NCBI GenBank assembly: GCA_963663965.2
Contig: CAXXFK010000006.1
Location: 128,001 to 192,000, forward strand
Source of the DNA: Sedimentisphaerales bacterium
GTDB lineage: Bacteria > Planctomycetota > Phycisphaerae > Sedimentisphaerales > SM23-30
Reading direction: 5' to 3'
Length of the DNA: 64,000 nt
Made by a program: the position numbers and the translations under genes. This document shows, one piece after another, positions 41,176 through 48,488 of the stretch. The notes beneath the pieces are model-generated. The model had not been told where the DNA came from and made no database searches. It was given only the letters and a program-made list of their open reading frames with translations. Numbering within the stretch: the stretch's first letter is position 1; every line of letters begins with the position of its first letter.

Positions 41176-43308
41176 TCATGGGGTGGCCCATTTCTCCTTG
41201 AGATAATTCTGGACGATGATGCGTTCCGGATCCGTCAGCGGACGATTGAAGATCAGAATTTCCGCGATCTGCTGGCCGCCGGTACGGATATTACCGCGGT
41301 CGCAGCATAGACGGCTGGCTTCCACATTACCGGTTGTAACCAGGCTGATCTGGGAATAGTTGGTGGCAGACAGACGGGTGTTCGTACCATTTACATTCGT
41401 GCTGTTCAGATAGGTCTTGCCGCCGCGGATATTACCCGAAGCATGGGAGCTATGCCAGATATAGCCATCGGGATTAATTTCGGTGGCTCCGCGATGGAAA
41501 TGATAGGCATCGTTGTCACCCAGCAGGAAGTTGCCGCCTTTCATCACCCAGAATACACTGCGGATGTTTTTCAGATCAGTGTCAGCGCCATCCGTATTTT
41601 TGAGCTGCATCCATTTGCCCGACGCGCTGTTGGCGTAGGCCGGGCCGAAATCGACAATACTCTTATCATTCAAACCGTCCGACACATAAGTCGGATTGCC
41701 GGCCGAACCGGCGGTGGCCATATAATAGCCGTTACCGGCCTTGTCATTCCAGCGGCTGACGCCGTTGGCGCCATCGATGGTCATCGTAGACGTGTCCGAG
41801 GCATCCAGCCAAAGCAATAACTCCACCTCGTTCAGAGTACCGGGATCGAACACGATATTCTCTTCGGCGTAATTGTGTTCCAGCCATTTGGCCGCGAACA
41901 GACTCATGTCGGTAAGATCCTCGATACAATCTTCATTGAAATCGTAGGCCAGATTCACATAGGGGACATTGGGATTGTGATGGGCGGCCTCGCAGGCGTC
42001 GGCATAAACGGTGATCTGGATCATATCGGTCTGATTAGGATTGACACCATCCGACCCTACCACCTTGAGCAGGTAAACGCCGGTATGGGTAATAAATACC
42101 CTGGGATTCAAAATGGTACTGTCTTCAAAAGTGACCGGAGGATCGGGAAATTCCGGGAAGTTAGAAGGAATGACTGACCAGGCAATCATTTCATCACCCT
42201 CGACTGGGTAGGCCAGGAAAGGTTTGTCCAGCACCAGCCCCGTTTCGGTTTGGGCCAGCCAGGTGACAATACTGGGACCTGCTTCAACCCGGGCCGGACT
42301 GTTTTGTGATTCGGTCTGGAAAGACCAGATCGCGCCGGTAATGGTGTTGGGATCGGGATTCCCGATAAGTTTGAACTGGGTATCCACTTTCCAGTAATAA
42401 ACCGTATCAAAGTCCAGATCGCCGGCTGGATCGAAAGAGGTTGCGGCATTGAAATCCCGGGTGAACGCACATCCGCTCCCGGCTTCTACTTTAGCCTGGT
42501 TGGGATCCAGGTAGACGCGATACAGGACAGAGTCGGCATCGACCAGTGAACTGCCTGAATCGTCCCACGAGAGAACCTGTTCAACCTTCACCGGGGTAAA
42601 CAGTGGATCATAGACATTGCTTGACAATCCCTGTCTGTCCGCCGGCACAGGTGTGTTGGCGCCGCCGGTTACATCATGGATGACCAGGCCGTCAAGCTGC
42701 GTACTCTTGCCGCTGACGCTGGCCGGCATGATAATGGTGAAACTGGTAGCCCCGTTGACCATGGCGGTCAATAATCCAAAGGCGTCGTTCAGACCTCCGA
42801 AGTTATAATCCACATCCACCGAAGCGCCTGTGCTGTCCTGCAAAGTAACTACCGGCACACTGTATACATGCGCGCCATTGCGACCGTCGTAATTCATATA
42901 CTGAATACGGTAAGCTTTGCCGGCATCGAGACCACTGATAATGGTTGTTATGGGGCCGTCAACATTACCGACATAATTTTCTGATCTCCAGACCGGAGCG
43001 CTGCCCAGGCCGGTATAGGTGCTGAAATTGCCACTGTAGCCATTGGTCACCGTAACGGTCAGATTCATGCCGGTATAAACCGCGCCGCTGGCCGCCGGAC
43101 TCCAGCCGTCAAAAGGAATGCCATCCAGTACGGTATCGGCCGTATCGCCAAAATCGATCGCTTCCAATAATGTACCGTTACTTTGCAGCACGGGTTGGGT
43201 TGCTGTGCCGTTGATAATGGATGCCACCTTGATATCCGCCCGGGCCCCGAGTGACAGGGATAATAGAAGGGTTAAAAACGCAATGATTGCATTCATTCTT
43301 CTTTTCAT
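41176..43308 (-). CDS. Secreted modular non-catalytic protein (N-terminal module, Ig/PKD-like, internal dockerin-like motif, C-terminal LamG-like module), paralogue A
   Basis: Signal peptide; 'YYWKVD...IWSFQT' linker; 'DFNEDCIEDLTDMSLFAAKWL'; C-terminal 'LWLDAS...IAEILIFNRPL...YLKEKW'. Confidence 0.75.
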   Translation of the reverse strand: MKRRMNAIIAFLTLLLSLSLGARADIKVASIINGTATQPVLQSNGTLLEAIDFGDTADTVLDGIPFDGWSPAASGAVYTGMNLTVTVTNGYSGNFSTYTGLGSAPVWRSENYVGNVDGPITTIISGLDAGKAYRIQYMNYDGRNGAHVYSVPVVTLQDSTGASVDVDYNFGGLNDAFGLLTAMVNGATSFTIIMPASVSGKSTQLDGLVIHDVTGGANTPVPADRQGLSSNVYDPLFTPVKVEQVLSWDDSGSSLVDADSVLYRVYLDPNQAKVEAGSGCAFTRDFNAATSFDPAGDLDFDTVYYWKVDTQFKLIGNPDPNTITGAIWSFQTESQNSPARVEAGPSIVTWLAQTETGLVLDKPFLAYPVEGDEMIAWSVIPSNFPEFPDPPVTFEDSTILNPRVFITHTGVYLLKVVGSDGVNPNQTDMIQITVYADACEAAHHNPNVPYVNLAYDFNEDCIEDLTDMSLFAAKWLEHNYAEENIVFDPGTLNEVELLLWLDASDTSTMTIDGANGVSRWNDKAGNGYYMATAGSAGNPTYVSDGLNDKSIVDFGPAYANSASGKWMQLKNTDGADTDLKNIRSVFWVMKGGNFLLGDNDAYHFHRGATEINPDGYIWHSSHASGNIRGGKTYLNSTNVNGTNTRLSATNYSQISLVTTGNVEASRLCCDRGNIRTGGQQIAEILIFNRPLTDPERIIVQNYLKEKWATP

Positions 43309-43377
43309 AATAATATCTCCATATTAGTAAATAAGCTTGATTCGTTAATCAATTGATGTTCTCAGATTGACCGGTTC

Positions 43378-45519
43378 TCAGGGCGTGCCCCATTTGGCTT
43401 TAAGGTAAGCTTCCACTTCAAGCCGTTCCTGGTCAAACAGAGGACGATTGAAAATCAGAATTTCGGCAATCTGTTGACCACCGCTACGATAAGTACGGTC
43501 ACTGCACAGGCGGCTGGATTCGATATTGCCCACGGTTACCAGACTGATCTGCGAGTAATCTACCGGAAGTCGGGTAGTGGTGCCATCAATCAGTTCGCCA
43601 TTTAAATAGGTGCTGCCGTTGCGGATGTTGCCAGACGAATAACTACCGCTCCAGATATATCCATCCGCTGCGGTTTCGGACACCCCGCGATGAAAATGAT
43701 ACGTGTTATCATCGCCCAGCAGGAAGTTGCCGCCTTTCATCACCCAGAATACCGTACGAATGTTGGAAATATTCAGGTTGCTGTCGTCTGCGGGATTCTT
43801 GAACTGCATCCATTTCGAGCTGGCATTGGCAGTGGCCGGGCCGAAATCGACAATGCCTCTGCTGTTCAGGGCGTCAGCCACATAGAGCGGATTGCCCGCA
43901 GTGCCGCCTGCGATCAGATAATAACCGTTGCCGGACTTGTCATTCCAGCGGGTGACTTCGCCGGTATTGGGATCTATGACCAGTGAAGAGGTGTCCGCGG
44001 CATCCAGCCAGAGGCTCAGGTCTTTTTCTGCAAGGATCGGATTAAAGTATACGTTCTCTTCGAGATAATTATAAGTCAGCCATTCGGTCGCCAGCAAGGT
44101 GAAATCAGACAGGCTTTCAATGCAGTCATTGTCGAAATCAAATTCCAGCTTCTCATAAGGCATTGCCGGATTATTCCGGGCCGCTTCGCAGGCGTTGGCA
44201 TAAACACGGAACTGCATCAGATCCGATTGATCCGGATTTTCACCGTCACTACCCATTACTTTGAGGGTAAAGGTGCCTGTCTGAGTTATGAATACTTTAG
44301 GATGCAAGGCGCCGGAATCGTCGAAAGATACATAATCCGAGGCTGATTCCATAAATCCAGGGATTATACCTGAAACGCACGACCACGCGAACGATTCATC
44401 ACCCTCGACAGGATAAATGAGAGAAGATCGATCCAGCACAATGCCTGTCTGACTGGCTTCCAGCCAGGTGATCAGACTCGGTCCGGCATCAATCATGGCT
44501 GGGTTGTTCAACGGTTTGGTTTTGAATGACCATATCAATCCGGTCAATTCGTTGGGGTCGCTCTGGTCGACAAATTTCAGCTTGACATCCACCCGCCAGT
44601 AATAGGTGGCACCGTTGACCAGGTCGGAGGGGGGATCGAACATTGTATTGGCGGAGTAATCCTGGAAATAAGTACAGTTGGCTGCGCCATCCTGAACTTT
44701 CACGACATTGGGATCGAGATAGAGCCGGTAATTAACCGGGTAGCCCGGATCGATTGCCGTGCTGCTGGGACCGGTCCAGGATACATTTTGAGAGATTTCC
44801 ACTTTATCAAACAGGGGAGAGGTTGGATCGGTAGCCAATCCCTGGCCATCTACCGGAACAGGGTTGGTCGCATATCCGGTGATTTCATGAATAACCAGGC
44901 CATCAAGCTGTGTGCTCTTACCGCTGGAACCAGCCGGCATGATAATCGTAAAACTGGTGGCCCCCGTAACCGTAGCGGTCAATAATCCAAAAGCATCAGC
45001 CAGCCCACCGAAGTTGTAATCCACATCCACTGAAGCGCCCGTACTGTCCTGCAGGGTAACTAACGGCACACTGTACACATACTGGCCATTGCGACCGTCG
45101 TAGTTCATATACTGAATGCGGTAGAGTCGGCCCGCATCGAGGCCACTGATAAGGGTGGTGATCGGACCGTTAGCGTTGCTGACATAATTCTCCGATTTCC
45201 AGACCGGGGCGCTGCCCAGACCGGTATAGGAGCTGAAATTACCCCCATAGCCATTGGTCACCGTCACGGTCAGATTGGCACCGGTATACACATCACCGCT
45301 GATCGCCGGGCTCCAGCCGTCAAAAGGAATGCCGTCCAGTACGGTATCGGCCGTATCGCCAAAATCGATCGCCTCTAATAATGTACCGTTACTTTGCAGC
45401 ACGGGTTGGGTTGCTGTGCCGTTGATAACGGGGGAAACATCGATCGATCCCTGTACGCTGAGAGTTAGTGTCAGCAGTACATAAAACAACATCATCATTG
45501 CACTCATTCTTCTTTTCAT
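43378..45519 (-). CDS. Secreted modular non-catalytic protein, paralogue B
   Basis: Fully collinear with 41176-43308; same module order. Confidence 0.75.
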   Translation of the reverse strand: MKRRMSAMMMLFYVLLTLTLSVQGSIDVSPVINGTATQPVLQSNGTLLEAIDFGDTADTVLDGIPFDGWSPAISGDVYTGANLTVTVTNGYGGNFSSYTGLGSAPVWKSENYVSNANGPITTLISGLDAGRLYRIQYMNYDGRNGQYVYSVPLVTLQDSTGASVDVDYNFGGLADAFGLLTATVTGATSFTIIMPAGSSGKSTQLDGLVIHEITGYATNPVPVDGQGLATDPTSPLFDKVEISQNVSWTGPSSTAIDPGYPVNYRLYLDPNVVKVQDGAANCTYFQDYSANTMFDPPSDLVNGATYYWRVDVKLKFVDQSDPNELTGLIWSFKTKPLNNPAMIDAGPSLITWLEASQTGIVLDRSSLIYPVEGDESFAWSCVSGIIPGFMESASDYVSFDDSGALHPKVFITQTGTFTLKVMGSDGENPDQSDLMQFRVYANACEAARNNPAMPYEKLEFDFDNDCIESLSDFTLLATEWLTYNYLEENVYFNPILAEKDLSLWLDAADTSSLVIDPNTGEVTRWNDKSGNGYYLIAGGTAGNPLYVADALNSRGIVDFGPATANASSKWMQFKNPADDSNLNISNIRTVFWVMKGGNFLLGDDNTYHFHRGVSETAADGYIWSGSYSSGNIRNGSTYLNGELIDGTTTRLPVDYSQISLVTVGNIESSRLCSDRTYRSGGQQIAEILIFNRPLFDQERLEVEAYLKAKWGTP

Positions 45520-45692
45520 AAGTAGTTCTCCAATTTATAAGTCAAAACACACACTATTATCCGCTGTTTACATTACTTTCTGATACAAAATCCTCCTTAT
45601 TAAGTTTGTTCATTTTTATGACAATCGAAACATCTCGCTGTCTTTGTCAGTCGTATTTTTGTTATACTTAATATTGATTATCAGAGTGCCAT

Positions 45693-47387
45693 TTATTCCA
45701 GTTCCAGTCTGGGTTCGGCAAAAAACCCCCAGTCATTGCTGACAGACAGGTCAGAATCGGTGCTGACCAGCGTTAAAAAACGATCTTCTGGTTTTAGTTC
45801 CACCGCTATCTCAAGCAAACCCTGCTCAGGAGTAACATTTTTTATTGACTTCCGCTCCTGGCCATCCACCAGCACCCAGAAATCTTCCTGTGGTTTGAAT
45901 TGATCGTACTTCAAAGCGTCTTCGGTAATGCCGCAACTAGCTCGGAACCGCACAATTTCATATCTGGCCAGCGTTCTGCGGATCGTTTTAAGATCAAAGG
46001 TAATGCCAGCATTGGTATGGAGAGCCAGGGCCGGGTGTTCCCGGGTGCCATAATTCTGGCCGTTTGCAATCAAATTATGAGCATAAATACCGGGCATTTC
46101 ATGCCCGTTATAGATATTTTCATAAAATATCCCGCTGGTATTCGGGCAGTTCTTCCAAAAATGACCGGCGGAACTGACTTGAACAGGACCGTTTTCACCA
46201 TCCGGCGAAAAAACACCATCTACACCTAATATATTGCTGATTTCATGGTACAGATGATCTGACTGAGAATTTAATGGCCCATTTTTACGGGAAAACCTTG
46301 AACCAATCTGACCATTACAGAGGTCTGTCCATTGGTTGAGCTGACCACTGCCATAGCCATCCCCATTCCCATAAATATCTGCAAGATCGATAGATACAGG
46401 GCTACGCCAATAGCGATTCACACCCGAACTCAAATCCCGGATAAACAGGTTTTCCTGGATGGGGATTGGTTTTGTCTTCATTTCTTCCCCATTCATTTCA
46501 ACCGCGTTTCCGGATGTAATTGTTTCAAACTTGCTAGTCTTTTTATTCTGACCGGTTAGCATCATGACTTTACCTTTGAGAACATGCAATTCCAGATTGC
46601 CATTAACTCTCTCCTCCAGACCAAATTCGGTGCCAAGGTCAATGAATTTGGAGCGACTGGTTTTTACCGTGAAACCCCGCGCTTCCACAGGTACGGTTGA
46701 ATAGATTTTTCCGTAAGACAGATACATCGTATCTTCTGACTGTAAAGTCCACTGGGCTGGACCTTCAATCACTACCTGAGCGCCATTGTTAAAATGAATT
46801 TTCGCCAGTCCGGATTTCAAACCATAATGATCCTGAACCATGGCGCCGTTTTCTCGAGGCATTCGCAGGTATGTATCCCATTTTGCTCCAATCTCATCTT
46901 CCAGGCGAGCTACAACCTCACGGGTATGAACCGCCGATTCCCGCATCAACCACCGGTCCAAACCGATCAGTGCTAAACCGAAAAACAAGATAGCGGCCAT
47001 ATTGACCAAACCAAGAAAAACTTGCCTGCGGGTAGGGCGTTTACGCTGCAGTGCGAAATTTTGCTGTAACTCTTTTTCTGATAACTCGTTATTTACCTCC
47101 TGTTTAATGGCCCGTCGTATGACCGAATCGTCCAGATCTTTCTCTACTATATCCATGAAGCCCAGTTTGTCGGTTAACTCCATAGGCAATGACATCACTT
47201 CGGTAATACCACGATTTTTCTTTAACTTGAGATAAGTTGCCAGGAATTCCATGTAGTAATACCGGGCCGCCTTATTGTCGCGTAAAAGGGTTCCCATCTG
47301 CTGCCGTTCTTCTACCGTAATTGATCCATCCAGAGACCGGACTATCCATACGGCCAGGTCATTGCGGTTTACCCTCTGGTCATTCAT
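45693..47387 (-). CDS. FecR-like anti-sigma factor with C-terminal NPCBM domain
   Basis: Single transmembrane segment; FecR 'GAQVVIEGPA...GFTVKT...IDLGTEFG...HVLKGKV'; NPCBM-like 'HTNAGITFDL...RFLTLVSTD...FAEPRL'; overlaps the sigma gene. Confidence 0.85.
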   Translation of the reverse strand: MNDQRVNRNDLAVWIVRSLDGSITVEERQQMGTLLRDNKAARYYYMEFLATYLKLKKNRGITEVMSLPMELTDKLGFMDIVEKDLDDSVIRRAIKQEVNNELSEKELQQNFALQRKRPTRRQVFLGLVNMAAILFFGLALIGLDRWLMRESAVHTREVVARLEDEIGAKWDTYLRMPRENGAMVQDHYGLKSGLAKIHFNNGAQVVIEGPAQWTLQSEDTMYLSYGKIYSTVPVEARGFTVKTSRSKFIDLGTEFGLEERVNGNLELHVLKGKVMMLTGQNKKTSKFETITSGNAVEMNGEEMKTKPIPIQENLFIRDLSSGVNRYWRSPVSIDLADIYGNGDGYGSGQLNQWTDLCNGQIGSRFSRKNGPLNSQSDHLYHEISNILGVDGVFSPDGENGPVQVSSAGHFWKNCPNTSGIFYENIYNGHEMPGIYAHNLIANGQNYGTREHPALALHTNAGITFDLKTIRRTLARYEIVRFRASCGITEDALKYDQFKPQEDFWVLVDGQERKSIKNVTPEQGLLEIAVELKPEDRFLTLVSTDSDLSVSNDWGFFAEPRLELE

Positions 47388-47943
47388 ACAAATCCCCTTT
47401 TTGCAGTTGTCGCCTCAAGCATTCCAGCAAGTTGTCATGGATGCGGGCGATTGTGCGATAAACCGTTTTCAGATTTCTACCCGTTCGGGATGAGATGTTT
47501 TTAATCGAATGATCTTCGAAATACCGCAAATAAATCAATTGTTGATCATTTTTACAAAGCTTGTCCAGGCATGCTTTTAAAATATCCAGGCTAGAATCGC
47601 TTTGTTTTATCATGTACAAAGAATCGGCTTCAAGGGCCTGTAGTACCTCGTCGTCAAAGAACATCATTGATTTCTGGCGCTTACGGGCGTCCAGCACTTC
47701 ATAACGGGCGATCGCCATGCCCCAGGCGACAAAATCTGTGCCCATTTCGAATTGCTTGAACTTTCTCCACATGACCATTGTGGTTTCCTGCATCAAATCT
47801 TCTGCATCAGTTTCGTTGGGTACCAGGCTGAGAATATATGCCAGTATCCGATAATGACACGTTGCATATAAATGAAGAAAAGCTTCGACTGTAGCATCTT
47901 GCCCATCATATTTACCCTCAGATTTTATCGATACATCTGACAT
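47380..47943 (-). CDS. ECF sigma-70 factor (planctomycete/verrucomicrobial type)
   Basis: 'DAEDLMQET..VMWRKF..F..GTDFVAW...IAR', region 4 'LRYFED.SIK.I'. Alternative start 47985. Confidence 0.92.
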   Translation of the reverse strand: MSDVSIKSEGKYDGQDATVEAFLHLYATCHYRILAYILSLVPNETDAEDLMQETTMVMWRKFKQFEMGTDFVAWGMAIARYEVLDARKRQKSMMFFDDEVLQALEADSLYMIKQSDSSLDILKACLDKLCKNDQQLIYLRYFEDHSIKNISSRTGRNLKTVYRTIARIHDNLLECLRRQLQKGDLYE

Positions 47944-48327
47944 CTTGACCGGTTCTTGATAATTAACAAACTCAACACGAAACATGTAATTGTATTTGCA
48001 TTATACTCAATTTGCAAACACTAAAGACTTATTCCCGGCATTTTGATTATGACAAATCCTATTTCTGAACCAAAAATATAATTTGTCATCCATTTCAAAT
48101 GAAACCGAGATATTGACCTAAGAATTTAGGCGTTATCCTACCATAAAACAGTTTTGCACCTCTTCAAACGGATCCGATTGGCAAGAACAGGTTCATCAGG
48201 TGCAGGTATTAATTAAACGGGAAAAAACATGAAAAATTCTCACATAATCTCGAAAAAAAATTGAAGATACTTTTTTCAGAGAGCAATAACGAACCTAAAC
48301 AAATGCCATCCCACCGTTTGGAATGTC

Positions 48328-48473
48328 AATGACACAGGGGCCCTATTTATACCATTTACGATTGAAAATGCCCGCTGGGCCGTGAACTAAGTATTTTGCG
48401 AGTAAAAACTTAACTTACGAGCGATCGGACAATTCCATACCCGATGGGTATAGAATATGGCCCCTGTGTCATT
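48328..48473 (-). repeat. Intergenic palindromic repeat family, copy 4, with perfect 15-bp terminal inverted repeat
   Basis: AATGACACAGGGGCC (48328-48342) / GGCCCCTGTGTCATT (48459-48473) enclose a core homologous to copy 2 in the opposite orientation. Confidence 0.85.
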
Positions 48474-48488
48474 TTTGAAAAGCTCTGC

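Noticed and set aside
14570..48473. CRISPR array or integron attC sites as the explanation for the repeats
   Set aside because: Copies are kilobases apart with no repeat-spacer periodicity, no cas or intI gene is present, and I find no RYYYAAC/GTTRRRY boxes.
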